64,000 nucleotides of DNA, taken from the NCBI GenBank assembly GCA_002189035.1, contig NEEC01000016.1, positions 1,488,001 through 1,552,000 on the forward strand, in the 5' to 3' direction. Origin of the DNA: Utricularia gibba (Eukaryota; Plantae; Magnoliophyta). The notes beneath the pieces were generated by a model that was given only the letters and a program-made list of their open reading frames with translations, was not told where the DNA came from and searched no databases. The first letter of the stretch is position 1. Every line of letters starts with the position of its first letter. Shown in pieces: positions 13,292 through 27,907 of the stretch. The translations under genes and the position numbers were made by a program.

Positions 13292-13772
13292 ATGGCTTCT
13301 ACCAGATTACTTCTCTTTGTCGGGCTCTTCTTGCTCATCGCTCTCCTCGCTTCCTCTGAGGTTGCTGCTGTAAGAAATTTGGCAGAGGCCTCCAACGCCA
13401 ACACCCTCGATGCATGTAATGAAACAAAAAGAGCTTCTATTTGGTGTATGAACTCATTATCCTACTGCTACTGACTCATATATTGGTTTGGTGGGCTTTT
13501 TTCTTTCACTCAGCCAAAGCTGGTGACGAGGTACACAGCCGTGGCGCAGTAGAGGGGTCTGAGCAGTGGTTCCGTAGGCGCCGCCCAATTCGTGGGGTGG
13601 CGGCGGCGGAGGTGGTGGTGGTGGGGGTGGCGGTGGTGGTGGAGGCGGCGGCGGAGGAGGTGGCGGCGGCGGCGGCGGCGGCGGTGGAGGTGGAGGTGGA
13701 GGTGGTGGCGGTGGAGGAGGTGGTGGCCGTCGCCGCCCTCCCCTTAAATCTGGGGAGGAGTCCAAGAATTGA
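13292..13772 (+). CDS. GRP type B copy 1 (Arg/Gly-rich secreted peptide precursor); one -1 frameshift in a G-run
   Basis: TATAAATA 13240. Exon1 13292-13415 (MASTRLLLFVGLFLLIALLASSEVAAVRNLAE, GRP-family N-terminus); exon2 13514-13772 (KAGDEV...WFRRRRPIR-Gn-RRRPPLKSGEESKN*). Spliced length 383 nt, 1 short of a multiple of 3. Confidence 0.8.
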
Positions 13773-14150
13773 CGAGGCTTCGAAGCCATCTCATGTTTCT
13801 AATCTCTGTCCGAATAAAGATACAAGTGTGCATGATTCTGTATTGAGCCTATTGCTTCGGTTTCTTGTGCTATCGGTGTGATGCTGCTGTGACTTCAATC
13901 CACACTTAATACCCATTTTCGAAATAATTAGTAAAAATCGAAAAATCAATTTGGAAAAATTCACATGTTAGATGTATATGTTTTCAGATATACATACAAA
14001 TTCAAATATACGTATAACAAATTATGGTTTTTTAAAAAAATAAAAATGAAAAAAGGAAGAAATTTATTTGACATTTATCTTCAATTCTGCCCACTTATCC
14101 TTATTCAGTTCTTCCCTTATTCTGATTTTTTTTCATTCACTATTTATAGC

Positions 14151-17100
14151 ACAATTTAGCAATTCTGCCCACTTGTTCTGAAAATCTGAAGAAACGGTGT
14201 ACCTGCCAATTATTCTTTTACCTCTTGCTTGATACCAAGATGCTGCAGCGTTTTGGTGTCTAGATAGCGCATTGATTCTTACCCTGCTCCAAAACTTGTA
14301 TCTAGCTTTTCCTCGTGGGCTCTGCTGCTGAACCATAGGTGCTTTGTGAAAATTTTAGTATCTTCCTTATTGAAAAATGTACATTCTTCTCTACTCATTC
14401 TTCTTGAACAGTTCTCTAGGTCCGCCATGGTGATGTCCTTATTTGCAAAAATAGTAGATCCAGTAAGGGGTCAGTTATCTTTTGTTTACCTTTTCCTCCT
14501 TGCGTTATTTGACTTTTCCTCCCTTCTGGATGGTCGTAGTTTCCTTCTCATCTCATGGCCATTTCTTCTATCCCTTACTTTCTCTCTCCGGCTGTTCGGA
14601 TAGTAGAATCCTCCGCCCTTGCCATCTCGGTGGGTGTTGGTGTTGCTTGTTTCTTCCATGTCCTTCTTTTTATTGGCAGCTTCCGCCTCCCTTTCTGGCT
14701 CAGAGGGTTTTTGGGAAGGCGCAGGAGTCATTTCTAATGCCTTTTCCGCATGTGCTCCTGCCATGCCCTTCTTCTTATTGGCAGCATTTTCCTCCTCCCA
14801 CTATTTGGCTGCCAAATCTTCTTCATCTGCTCTCTGCTTCCATGTTTTGTAAGTACCATGAGTCACGCACTGCTTGACTCTGCTTCGCTTGCCCATCACA
14901 GGTCTCACCGTGGTATTTCCTACTGAATCAGTGCTCGGGAGGCTTTTGGTGCAGCATCAGGAGTGAAAGTGGTATCAGGGGCCGCATTTTTGGGAATACC
15001 CCTCTCTAGGGGGTCTGAAATTTCCTGGTCCTCAAGGAAATTTGCATAAATAGGGTCCGATGTAAGCAAGGGTCTAGGGGTGAAGTGCTCCGAGGGCGGA
15101 GGAGTAGCAGAAATGGCGACCACTAGAGGGGGTGAAGGGGTGAGGTGGTGGACAGTTGGGGCGGTAGTAGGACGAGGCGTACCTAGAGTAAATGAAAAAT
15201 CAATGTAACCCATCAGATTTTGCGTTGGAGAAGTAGGTGGAGTTGGGGAATGTTGGCGTACCTAGAGTGAGGGCGTAGCGGGAACAGGGGTTGGCTGCGG
15301 TGCAAGGATGGGCAAAGAGGCGCTGGAAGCAAGGGAGTGAAGATGGGCAACCCGTAAGCCCAGCAGCAATTGCAGAATGTCCGCTTCCACCTATGCTGCA
15401 ATCAGTATTTCGTTAAAGGAGGGCCTAGGGTTCGCGGTAGAGGGTGCGGTAGTAGATTGGGGGAAAAACTAAACAATGCACAACATGTCGAAGGTCAAGT
15501 TGGTGGGTACAGAGGCTGCTAGACCAGATGGGTGGTCAAGGGTGACCGGCGGCACAGCGGTGGAGCCAGAGGATGGGAGGTTCGCCATGAAAGATGTGCA
15601 ACGATTCTGTGAAAATGGGGGAAGGGGTGCAAAAGGGAATGTAGCTATTGGGAAGAAGGGTTTTCCACCCTTTTTAAATTGAACCCGCTGGCCTATGTAA
15701 TTAAAAATAAAAAAAGAATTGCAATTACACAGGAGATGGGCTATTGCATTATAAACTAATAGTGGGGTAGAAAAACAAAATAACATATTGCAACCACACA
15801 TAAGTCAAAATGCATAACTGAAAGTGCAAAGAGGAAGTAAAAATGTATAAAGAGAATAAAAGTTGAAAATACTAGTTACCTCCTAACGAGGACCCTAAAA
15901 TAAGTCTTAGGATAAGACTTAAATGAAAAGTCTTAAATAAGAACTTCAATGAATGCCATAGCATCTACAAGGTGTTCCACTTCATCGATCATAAGCTCAT
16001 GAAACACTTTCAATCTATGACCATTCATAATGAATGAACTATGCATGTCTTTGTCAAACAACTCATGGAGCCATTAGGATTCACATGTTTAATTACAAAA
16101 GGTCCTTTCCAATGAAATTTCAGTTTACCTAGGTGAAGTTTGAGTCTTGAATAAAATAATAATACCTTTTTCCAGGTTCAAAGTGCTTTCGCAAGATCTG
16201 ACGGTCATGGAATTGCTTCGTGCATTCCTTGAACATCTTAGAATTCATGTAGGCCTCATGTCTTATGATGACATACATTTTTCCTGAAATTTATAACATA
16301 AAATAGCTATATTTTATTATAATTTAGGTTGGATAAATATGGTTTTTCATGTTTTAGTAGTGTTTATATTAATCCTATGGGATTATGTTGAAAAGTGGAC
16401 TAAATCCTTTAATTTAGTCCACAACTCGTGTTACTAATATTTCAGTAAGTTCAGCAGGGAGATGAGCCGAAAACCAAACTAGCAAGCATGTGAAACAAGT
16501 AAAAAAGGGCACAAAATCCGGATAAGGACAAAGAGCATTATTGTGTTGCCAACACAGTCTGCAAGTTCACGCTAGGAGCAGTACTGCGGTCAGAAATAGT
16601 ACTGGTAGTCAAGAACAGTGCAATGGAGTGAAGCAAGAGGGAAAATTATTTCGAAGAGAGGAAAGAGAGCACAGAAGGGGGGTTTTTTCTCCACTACTCG
16701 AAGAAGAAGAACAAGAGAGGAGGAAGGGGCAACACAAGGGGTCTTCTTCCCCAATGGAAGAAACGCCTCCATCATCAAGAACAGCGCCAGAGCCCAGTCC
16801 AACGCTACTGTTCCGGGCTGTGAACAGTAGCTAACGAGCGGAAGAACAATCTTTATTTACTTTCTAGTTTTCTGAACATTTTGAGTTTCTTCAGTTGACT
16901 TGTTTCTGCTATTTTGGCCAGCTTATATGAATGAAATCGTGTTTTATTTCCAAAACATGAGTGGCTAGAGTCTTAAGGATGCCTAAGGAGAAATGGGTGG
17001 TATGTGCTTAGGGTTAATGATGAAATTTATGTGTATTCATTAACTCTTGTTTCTAACAAACCATGGGTAAACCTAAGGAGGGAAACAAGTAGTTTCACAA

Positions 17101-19668
17101 CTTAGAAGCTTGGTTTAGAGGTAGACCAACAAACCAAGATGGGAGCAGTCGGTGTTAGTCTAGGGTAGAACCAGTAGAACCGGGTAGACCTAGTTCTATA
17201 TACCTTGCATGCGGGTAAACCTAATTGCAATGTTGGTTATGATATTGGAGACTAACTTAAGCCAAAAATATGATGAATGATTTGGGTAGACCTAGGTTAT
17301 TCGAAGTTGTGAGTGTAGGAAGATAGCAAATTAAGTTAGGAACCTTAGTATGACACCACCTGCAGATCCTTAAGGCGTCCTCGTATTAATCTGAGTCAAA
17401 ACCAGTACCTGTTACCTTAACGTCAAGACCTGATATTGCTTACCTACCTTGATTACTGAATTTGTTTACCACTGTTAGTCCGAGCTTAGACTAAGACCTA
17501 CTGTGTATTTTGTGTAGATTAGGGACTATAAATTTATTTGATATGGATTTTCTATTTTTATTTGCAATGATATTAGGAAAATTTCCATTTATCATCTTAG
17601 CTCATAAAGCTCTGAAAGTTGGAGCTTTCTCAAATCACCACTACCTTGAATCTCCAAGTTCACTCGTTGAATCGCCCATCTGGGCTTTTGCTCTAATTCA
17701 ATGGGCAAATGACAATGTTTACCATATACAAGAGGAAGGGAGACATACTGATGGGGGTTTCGAAGGCTGTGCGAATTGCCCACAAGGTGTCATTCAACTT
17801 GGAGCTCCAGTCCTTGCGAGAAGAAGTTACAGTCTTCTCCAAAATTTACTTGATCTCTCGATTAGAAACTTTTGCTTGCCCATTGGCCTAAGGATGGTAA
17901 GAGTTAGATGGCTTGTACCAGATTTCATAGCTTTTCAGTAGTCTCTACATAGCCATGTTAAAGAAATGGCTTCCACGATTACTGATCAAGGCTTTGGGTG
18001 TTCCAAACCTTACAAAGATGTTATTCTTTAGAGAGTGTATCACTGAATGAGTGTCTTGTGACTTGGTGGGGATCACCTCTATCCACTTTGAAACATAGTC
18101 CACTGTCACCAAGATGTACTCATAGCCATCAGAGTTTGGAAAGGGGCCCATGAAGTCTATACCTCACACATCGAACACTTCTGGAACAATAATTGGCTGC
18201 ATTGGCATTTTATGTCGGTTTGAAATATTTCCTGTTCTTTGGCAGTTTTCGTAGCTCTTACAGTAAGACTTGGCATCTTTGAAAACTGTCAGCCAATAAT
18301 AACCATAATCCAGCACCTTCTTGGCTGTACGGTTAGGACCATGGTGACCTCCACAAGGTGATGCATGACAGAATGCCAGGACCTAGTGAATGTCATCTTC
18401 AGCCAAGTAGCGCTGCACCACACCATCAGCATAGTTTTTCCACAAATAGGGGTTATCCCAAAAATAATGCTTACTATTACTTTTCAACTTCAACTTCTCA
18501 TAGCTCTTTAAATCCTTTGCCAAATCTCTGGTGCAGAGATAGTTGGCTATGTCAGCATACCATGGTTCACTAATCTTCCCTGCATCAGCCTTAATTGCAC
18601 AAAGTTGTTCATAAGGAAATTCTTTAGTAATTGGAATACCATCAATGGGTTGCTCGATCCTACTAAGATGATCTGCAACTTTGTTGAGCTTCCAAGTTTT
18701 ATCCTTGCTTTCCACATTGAACTCTTGCAGCAACAAGACCCACCTCATAAGCCTTGGTTTGGTCTCCTTCTTGGACATAAGGTGTTTGATGGTAGCATGA
18801 TCTATGTGCCAATCACTTTGTTTCCTAGCAAATAGCTTCTGAACTTTTCCAAGGCAAATACAACCACCAGCATCTCCTTCTTGGAAGCATAGCTGATGAT
18901 AGTGTCTTTTCCATCAAACTTCTGGCCCAACACATCTCCTACTACATAGTTGGAAGCATCAGTCATCACATGGAATGACTCATTCCAATTGGGCGCTTGC
19001 ATGATAGGAGCTGATGTCATGGCTGTCCTGAGAGTGTCAAAAGCATGCTTACATTCATTTGAAAAAAATAAACTCAACATCTTTTTGCAAGAGGTTGGTT
19101 GGGCAATTTGAGAAAAACCTTTAATAAACCTCCTTTAAAATCTGACATGGCCTAAAAATGGACGAACTCCTCTTTCATCACGTGGATATGGTAAACCAGC
19201 AATAGTACTTACCTTAGTAGGATCTACCGTAAGACCTGCTGCAGAAACAACATGTCCAAGTACAATTCCTTGGCATACCATTAAATGGCACTTTTCAGAG
19301 TTCAAAATTAAATCTTTTTCAACACAAGTTTCAAATGGTTCAAACAATCATAAAAAATAGTCCCATGCACAATAAAGTCATCCATGAATACTCTATGAAA
19401 TCATCAATATAATCTGAAAAAATGCTGGTGATAGACCTTTGGAAGGTTGCAGGGCTTTGTAGAGACTAAATGGCATCTTCTTGTACGCATAAGTGCCAAA
19501 GGGGTAGGTAAAAGTCGTCTTTTCTTGATCATCCGATGCCACATCAACCTGGGTATACCCTAAGTAACCATCAAGAAAGCAATAAAAACTCTTACTACTT
19601 AACCTATCCAACATTTGGTCAACGAAGGGTAGAGGGTAGTTGATGCGTGTCGTTTCCATAACAAATTT
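14151..19668 (-). mobile_element. Decayed Athila-type gypsy fragment (RT, RNase H, integrase, degenerate 3' ORF)
   Basis: [62 protein letters not shown] remnants. Homology with the B2 downstream flank ends at ~14150. Boundaries approximate. Confidence 0.8.
16330..17550 (+). mobile_element. Probable Athila-type solo LTR inserted in the integrase remnant
   Basis: Interrupts integrase coding sequence; start (GGATAAATATGGTTTTTCATG) resembles Athila LTR starts. No TSD found; ends approximate. Confidence 0.5.
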
Positions 19669-22600
19669 TGATACTTTTAAAACTCGTAAAATACTAAAGC
19701 GTAGTACGGGTGTCGAACACAGGGAGTTGTTTTTGAGTGAAAGATGAGGCACCCCGAATACAACTGTCATGATTTGTAAACGGTTTTGAAGGTAAAAGGT
19801 GCAAGAAACGTTGATGATGAAGCTTGAGTAAGGGAATGAGAGGGGTTTTGAGCAACAACTAAAATGAACATAAGCGATGACTTAAATAAAGTAAATGTTC
19901 CTGGGTTTGGAATCCTGTCCAGCTATATTCGTCGCATCTTCACTCTTCTCTGGTCCTCTCGAGTACTCGGTTATAGGAGTAAGGAATTGCCTACCCTCCC
20001 TTACACTGTCTTGCAAGAAGGCATGTGAATAGCCCGATGTTGCTCCTCCGTGGACGAACGTGAGAATAAGAGGTCGTGCCAGTGTACCCTCACGGCCGAA
20101 TTGCGCGCGTGTGCCCGAGTGTGGCCAATGACCCAATGAGTTCAGATACGAGGTCACTACCTATCCATTGATCCTGAGGTACGGCCACAAACCAAACGTT
20201 GTCTTCCTCCTGCCAAAAGGGTCCGAGTTGGTGTTTTTTACCTTGCTTCTCTCCAAAACCCACGGACAGTGATCAGCTAACCATGAACCTTGAATAAGGG
20301 GACTATTACAGAAAGACTACAACATAGTCACGTGAAGACATACGAAACCCGTTCGGATTCAAAGAAAATGTGAAGATAAGCTAGCAAAACATAGATCTGG
20401 TAGTGTTCCAACCCAGAAATAGAAGTTTCTAGCCGCGAACGGCCATACAAACTAGAGAAAACGAAACAAGGTAACCTAACTGCATTTATTCCTAACTCAA
20501 GATGCACGACTAAGGTAACCTATCCCTTTCTAACTGCATGTATTCCCTTCTGTTTCTTTCTAAATTCTTCAAGTCAATTTAAAGCATGCTACTCAAACAA
20601 CACAATCAGAGAAAAAGATAGTTCAAGATCGCTCTCTAATTTTCAAAAGTTTGGGCCACATTGACTTATTCCTCTTTTTTTTTTTTTGAGAATATGGATC
20701 CCCGCTTTGGGGAAGAGTTGTCTGGATTACGAAACCTTATTCATGGTTCATAAGTAAAGTTCATGTCATCCACGGTTTCGCCAGACAATTCTTACCTTTG
20801 GCATCCTTTTTTTTTTTTAGCGAATAACGAAGAGGTGTCACTGGGCCGCCAATGTACAACAAAAACATGAGAGCAATCCTAGAAAATTCTCAACCCTAAT
20901 GCATGTCATAAGAGCTAGAAATTTAGAGCAAGGAAAATCTAGAAGGTCTCCTAGCAGTAAAATAAATCTATGCACCTTAATCATGAAGCATGCGTAAGGA
21001 ATACCTAAGCATAGATGTCATCTAACCTAGGGAGCATGATACGGGGCAGACTCATAAGATAAAAACGCAGACACATGAAATAAAACAGATAAAAATTGTC
21101 CAAATACGGTAACGAAAGATAGTTCGTTTAATAGAGAAGAGCTCCTCCCCCACACTTAATTCTGAGGATGTCCTCATCATCAAGCATGGTGGAGGGTACC
21201 TTAGTGATGGCGTGGCAGAGAGGTGATCAAGGTGTCCAGTTTGGACGACAATGTTGTCATATGGCGCTGCAGATCTTGAAGAGCCAGCAGGAGGGTGCGT
21301 TTGTCTGGAGATGTAGGGGCAGTCGCCAGGGGAATGTCAGAGGAGTCACCATATGGATCTACAATAGTGTGCGGCATCACGGTGGTCTTACTCTTTGTCC
21401 CGGCTTGGATGAAAATGGCACGGCCTCCAGCTTCCTTGAGATAACTGCACTGAAAGAGGTCAACCAGGTCAAGGTATCGAAAATGGGCCTCTACCTTGGG
21501 TGTGTTGGCGGTGAGATCCACATTAAGGTGCATCGCGATCTTAGTGATGAGGGATGCGAATGGAAGCACTCATTCGCTACGCGATGCCACACAATTCATG
21601 TGCGTGGCAATCCACCAGCCAAGGTTGATCGAGATCTTCTTCATCATGGCCCAGAGGAAGAACACTACCACCTTGGAGACCACACTGGTGCCTTGGCGAG
21701 TGGCAGAATAACATCCTCCGAGATACCTGTTCAAAACTAATAGTGCAGGGGCCCTCAAGTGATGGGCCTTGAGTTTGGAATTGGGAAAGGGTGGTTCACA
21801 CACAGACATGGAACCATAAGCACTATGAACGTCAAATGATAGGGGATAATCACAGCAAGCTTGCAAATATCGAGCAAAAGTGAGTTCATCCTCAGACACA
21901 AAACCAAGAGCAACATTAAAATCATTAACACAAAGCTCAAAGTCTTTTCCACCCAAACGAAAGGAAATGAGGGGTTCAGCAATAGGGTTCCCTTCCACAT
22001 CATTAAAAGCAAATGTAGCATAAAATTCAAAGACCAATTTTGGAAAAACAGGAAGATCAATCTCTGAAAAATGACGCCATTCAGGTGAAAACTCAAACAT
22101 GCGGTTAATATCATACGTCAAATTCAAATGAGCTAACGTTGGAGCATGCATACGGAAAGCAAACAAGATGCGGCGACTCGTTAAAGTGTTAAAAAGGTCT
22201 TGGGATTTCTTATTGGGAAACCTGGCAGTGTCGGAGTTGGGTCCAGGCATGAGACTCCAACAAACGGTTCCGCCAGAACTTTTTTTGCCCTCGTTGGCCT
22301 TTGCCACGCTGTCTGCTTATTTGGCTAGCGTTGATGGCCTGCTCCCCATCTTGAAACGTTAGTGGTGGTCCTTCGTTAGCGGCTCCCTGCATTTCTACAA
22401 TCCACAAATCCACTTTAGAATCAATATTATCATCCTCACCTTCCCTTTTCTCATGGGGTGAGCGTCTGTTTGCAGCAGTTGGTGGGCTAGACGCCTCTTC
22501 CATTTCGGTTTCTTCTTCTTCTTCCTCCAAGCCGTCCAGTCGGAAATCTTCGTCGGAGCTATCGGTATGCGTCTGGTTTGCAACTGGGTCTTGCTCTGGT

Positions 22601-25050
22601 GTCTCCTCTGCAATAGGTTCGGGTGTGGCTTCTCTCTCCGGGTTGCCAGCGGGCATTTCCTGGTTTGTCGAAGACTCCTCATTTGTCCATGGAAGATACA
22701 AAACAGGAGGGATTTCGGCTAAAGGGACTGGGGAAAACAATGGAGAAATCTCCCAGGGTGAAGTTTCTGGTGGAGGCACAGACTGGTGTTTGTGAGGTCT
22801 GGGTGAGGGTGAAGCAGAATGCTGTCGGTTCCTCCGTGATGGACCTTCAGTGATGGCCTTGTGTTGCCTAGCTGTGCGGGGTTTCCTAACAGGAGTACGA
22901 AGAGATGAAGCAGAGGATGTTCCCTTCATGGTTGTTGGTTACGATGGGTCGTAAGGGTAAACTGGAAATTGGTAGAAGTGGGGAATGTTTTACTTAAAGG
23001 TGGGGAAAGTGATAAAAGTAGTGGAATGGGGAAATGGGTAGTTATGGTGAGAGAAGGGTTCCAAGAGGGATAATCATGGGGGGAAAGGAAAGCAATATTT
23101 TAACATCTCTCAGTAATGATGTGTGGGATAGTGTGTAATCCCAACAGAATCCGTGGGAACCTGCAATGTCAGATAATAGTAAAAGAGGAAAGAGAAAATT
23201 AACTCACGGGTTGCCTCCCGTGCAGCGCCAATTTAAAGTCGTTGGCCGACTTGGGACTCTACTGATGATCCTCGATTAAGAGCAAACAACATGCTGTTTG
23301 CGGCTGAAAGTTCTCATAATACGGTTTCAACCTATGGCCTTTAACCTTGAAACATTTCCTTGTCTCATAAGAACGGATCACAATAGCACCATAAGGGAAA
23401 ACATGTGAAACTTCATAAGGTCCTTGCCATTTAGATCTCAATTTCATAGGAAAAAATTTCAGAGTGGTATTGTATAAAAGAACTTTCTGACCGACTCGAA
23501 ATTTCTTTTCATGCAACTTACTATCATGGAAGTGCTTTACCTTCTCTTTGTAGATCAAGTGATTGGCATAGGCATTCAAGCGGATTTCCTCTAGTTCATT
23601 CATGTCAAGTAGTCTCTTTTCTCCTGCTTGATCACTAATCATGTTGCATGCTTTAACGTCCCAGTACGCCTTGTGATGAATCTGCACTGGAAGGTGGCAA
23701 GACTTTCCATAGATCATGCGAAAAGGAGACATTCCAATGGGATTTTTGTAAGTTGTGCGGTAGGCCCACAACGCATCATTCAGCCTGAGACTCTAGTCTC
23801 TTCTGGTTGGATTCACTATTCGTTCCAGGATGCGCTTGATCTCCCGATTTGAGTTTTCAGCCTGCACATTAGTATGAGGATGCCTAGCTGTAGAAAGACG
23901 ATGATGAACTCCAAATTTTGTTAGCATAGCCCTTATGACATGGTTCATGAAGTGGGTACCTCTATCGGAAATGAGAATCTTAGGATAACCAAACCTAGGG
24001 AAAATGTGAGAAGTTAAGAAAAGGCTTACAGTCCTTGCGTCATCTTTCTCACATGCCATGGCCTCGACCCACGTAGAAACGTAATCAACAGCAAGGAGGA
24101 TAAATACCTCAAGCATCAAAAAATTCGCACATCACGATGGGCTGAAGTGGCATTTGGTCTCTAAAACCTATGCCTCCGCCTCTTTGGCAATTAGGGCATA
24201 CTTTGCAATGAAGGTATGCATCTCAGAAAAGAGTGGGCCAATAGAAGCCAACTTCCAAGACCTTGTTAGCTGTGATCTTGGGACCAAAATGACCCCCACA
24301 AGGTAGTTCATGACAATGAGTAAGGATTGAATTCACTTCACCTTGGGGAATGCACCGGCGAAGGATTTGATTAGGCCCAATCTTCCACAAGTATGGGTCG
24401 TCCCAAATGTAGTGCATACTGTCACTCCGCAACTTCTCCTTTTGATGAGGCTGGAAGTCCTCTGGAAAATGTCCTATTACAAGAAAATTCATAATGTCCG
24501 CGTACCAGGGACTTCCATCATGGATCACGAATAAGTGCTCATTAGGGAAATTGTCATCAATGGGGCTGGATGCTTCTCCGGAGGTGATGCGGCTGAGATG
24601 ATCCACTACCAAATTCTCGCATCCTTTCTTATCTCGGATTTCAATGTCAAATTCCTGGAGCAATAGGATCCATTTGATAAGACAAGGTTTCGAATCCTTT
24701 TTGTTGAGGAGGTACCTCAACGCTGTATGATCGGAGTAAACAATGATCTTGGCTCCAAGCAGGTAGGGTCAGAATTTTTCCAGTGTGAAAATGATGGCTA
24801 AAAGCTCTTTCTCTGTTGTCGTATAATTCCGCTGTGCATCATCTAGACATTTTGAGGCGTAATGGATCACATGTGATGCCTTCTCCAATTTCTGTCCAAG
24901 GACCGCTCTTAATGCTACATTGCTAGCGTCACACATGAGCTCAAAAGGCAAAATCCAGTTAGTATTAGCATAAATGTGCTCTCTTGTACCCAGTGATGAG
25001 AAACTCCACTCCATTTGTTTTAAGTTGAATACTCTATAAGCCTTACTCAT
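19669..25050 (-). mobile_element. Second, 5'-truncated Athila-type element (RNase H, integrase, env-like ORF, 3' LTR)
   Basis: LTR-like end ...AAAAGTATCA at 19669 cuts the outer RT. LMCDASNVAL, AVDYVSTWVE, WAYRTTYKNPIGMSPF, LRSKWQGPY; post-pol CGGGTTGCCTCCC motif; TAAGTGTGGGGGAG after the extra ORF. Confidence 0.8.
21201..22929 (-). pseudogene. Athila extra (env-like/ORF1-type) ORF, frameshifted
   Basis: Lies between integrase and the 3' LTR; acidic low-complexity N-part, then VFPKLVFEFYATF...ISFRLGGKDF...FFLWAM...INLG, typical of Athila extra ORFs. Confidence 0.7.
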
Positions 25051-25059
25051 CTTATTGTA

Positions 25060-25640
25060 TCCTAGGAAAATTCCTTGTTCAAATCGCTTACCCCACTTGG
25101 ATCTCTTCTCCTTTGGAATATAGATGTAGCAGAGTGAGCTGAATACTTTTACATGCTCTTAAGTTTGGAGTTTTATCATGCTAGAGTTTTTAGAGAGTTT
25201 TATGACTAAATATGCAATAGTATTCATGGCTTTGCCCAAGAATTCCACAATTAAACCTTTTTGATAGAATAGGCATCTGGCCATATTTACTATAGTTCTA
25301 TTATTTCCTTCACAAATGACATTTTGTTCACGTGTGTAAGGGGTCGTGAATTGATGAGTAATAATATTTATCTCATAGATGTTTCTTTTAGTCGGTAATC
25401 GGTTAACTAAGTACACAATAGTGTTCAATGGATTTTTACTCGTCGCCATTATCAAATTATAGAATCGAGATGTTGCAATTACTTTGAGCTTTGGCAAGGG
25501 CTTTGAATACTTTGAAGTTGGGGACACTTCTGACTTAGGCTTCAAGAGGTATAACCAGGTAAACATTGAATATTAATCAACAAACATGACATACTATTTT
25601 TTGCCAGTTTGGGTAGGTGTGAACATCCGATCACAAACAT
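25060..25640 (-). mobile_element. Ty1/copia integrase fragment
   Basis: FTWLYLLKPKSEV; HQFTTPYTREQNVICEGNNRTIVNMARCL. Confidence 0.7.
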
Positions 25641-25973
25641 CAATGGTAACAACTTTCAATGGTTGTTAGTGGCGATGATACTTGGAGCCCACACACTCTT
25701 AATGCACTGCATCCAATGACCAAGAAAAAGACCTTAGTTGTCGTCAATAATTTCGATCAAAAATCAACCAATTTCCAAAGAGATAGATACGCACCTCGCC
25801 AGATATTGCATTTTTTTAACCTATGGTTTCATGACGCCATAAAATATTAAGTCAATGTCCCTAACAGTGGTTTATATGTTCAATGATTGAGGTTTTATGA
25901 TAATGATTTAGTTTGGGTTCACATCTATAAATGATAAACCTTACCAACTCAGCCCGAGCTTAGGTTTCCAATA

Positions 25974-26520
25974 ATGGCTGCTTCAAAACTGGTTCTCTCT
26001 GCTTTGATTTTCTTGCTGCTTGTCCTCCTCGCGTCTGCCGGGGGAAGCACGAGCACCGCCGACACATGTAATCGACTGTTTTCTGATTTGTTTTTCGTAA
26101 ATGCGCGGAGATGATGTCTGTCTTATCTTGTTTTGTTTCACTCAGCTGCCGAAGCTGGGGAGCCCGGGCGGCAGCTGTAGTGGTGGCCGCGGTGGCGGTC
26201 CTGGGGGCGGTGCTGGTGGCTCATGCAGGCCGCGTAGGTGGGGGTGGAGGTGGTCCCCGCGGCGGAGGAGGTGGAGGTGGCTGCGGCGGCGGAAGAGGTG
26301 GTGGCGGTCGTAACGGTGGCGGCGGGGGAGGCCCTGGCGGAGGAGGCGGAGGTGGGGGTGGCGGCGGGGGGGGGAGGTGGTGGGGCGGCGGAGGTGGTGG
26401 GGCGGGGGAGGAGGTGGCGGTGGCGATTACTGCGACTGCTGTGGCCGAAGAGGGTGTGGTTGCTGTAATGCGGTGGTGACTGAGACAGAAGTGGAAGCAG
26501 AGACTGAGCCGGTGAACTGA
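25974..26520 (+). pseudogene. GRP type A copy 2, frameshifted
   Basis: Exon1 25974-26067; exon2 from 26146 has a 32-nt deletion (removes DEVDHLDGSAG, GCTGGG microhomology) giving an early TAG. The Cys tail is still encoded in another frame. Confidence 0.8.
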
Positions 26521-27465
26521 ACACGCCAACCTAACCGCACGTATCTAATCTATCAATCTATCCATCCGTCTCCTTGTCCCCAGAATAAAAAAACCAACCG
26601 GCGTCGGTGTTCACTCTAATCTGCCACTGCTGTGCTTCTTCTTGTTCCGGACACTCCACCCTCCTCTGCAATCTCACACATAATATGATAACACAGATAC
26701 CTCATCATAACCGTGAAAAATCACCATTAACTCCTGACATTGAAGCTCTGATTAACAATAATAGGGTACATTTATTTCTTTTTGGAGCTTATGCTATGCC
26801 CGAACACAGCTGGACAGCACTCGGACAATAAAACCCCCCGCATCTAGAAGAAAGGAAAGACTTCATTCTCATGGATAATTTCTAATAAATGCTTTAATCA
26901 AGAGATAGTATCACGTGAAAGTAAAGGGCGTGGGGACAATGTCAAGACAGTGACGCCACACTCAATGCATATGGAAGGATTGCAAAAACATGTTACTCCT
27001 ACAAACGAATTTTGGTTTCCCAGACGCACTTTCATATGCATAATAGAAGTGTGAATGCCCAATAAAGCCTCCCCGATAAGTTTAAAAAAGGGTTGAGGGA
27101 GTGTGTTTGTTTATCAGGATGAAATGAAGGTTACCAAGTAGTAAGAAGTAATTTCACACGCGCCATATTATAATGTAAATACTATGATACCATATTAAAA
27201 TTAAAGATTTGACAGATCGGATAAAGACACATAAAACTAACTCATGTATACAATAAACATGAATCACATTATAAAATATTAAACTTAATTGATTACTAAT
27301 AATCTACATTCTCTTATATATTTTGATTATTTAACTTTCATTTCTGGATATAAGATTATTTTTTCTAATAATAGTTCCGTGATTCTCCCATATGCATCTC
27401 AAATGATTGAGATTTTGTCTTGGATAAAACATGTGTTGGTTGGGATTTCCTTATCCTATCTATTA

Positions 27466-27747
27466 TTGAGATTTCTGAAGAGTGTGTGGTCCTAATTAGC
27501 TCGGCGGCCTCTGTCCTGTTTACACTATGTAAGAACAAGCAAAAAGGGGGGATGAATCTCTAAAAAATGTGTTCTTGATGTCATTTCTAGACTCTCATTC
27601 CATCGAAATCTACGGAAAATTACATAAAACTCAATATTGATTCCATGGTGGAGTATTGGTTGTATACGCAGCATCGAAATACCAAATTCATTCATGGTTA
27701 GCAATTATTGAGAGGCGTTCATACTTTTCAATTAGGTTCCATGAGTA
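27466..27747 (+). repeat. Single, diverged copy of the 295-bp B-promoter unit
   Basis: Same TTGAGA boundaries and internal sequence, about 282 bp. Confidence 0.85.
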
Positions 27748-27907
27748 TTGAGACAGCAATATCTGGATTTTAATGCTATATTATTTATTTTTATTGGAGT
27801 GATGGATGGCATCTACCCATTTGCGCTTTTGATTATTGATTTCAAGTTCTTGTTCTATAAATAGCGAAGAGGCATTTGTGAGTGAGTGTGAGCTCCGGGA
27901 TCTGAGA

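Noticed and set aside
13220-13474. 84-aa ORF MISSFCSINSEE...SYCY as a single-exon gene (also 62875-63129, 27836-28168)
   Set aside because: It starts upstream of the TATA box at a non-ATG codon and reads into the intron; the real product is spliced.
13773-13881. Conserved C-terminal extension ...RSPRIDEASKP...LVLSV in a shifted frame of all B genes
   Set aside because: It lies after the native stop and contains AATAAA; conservation is explained by recent duplication of the 3' UTR.
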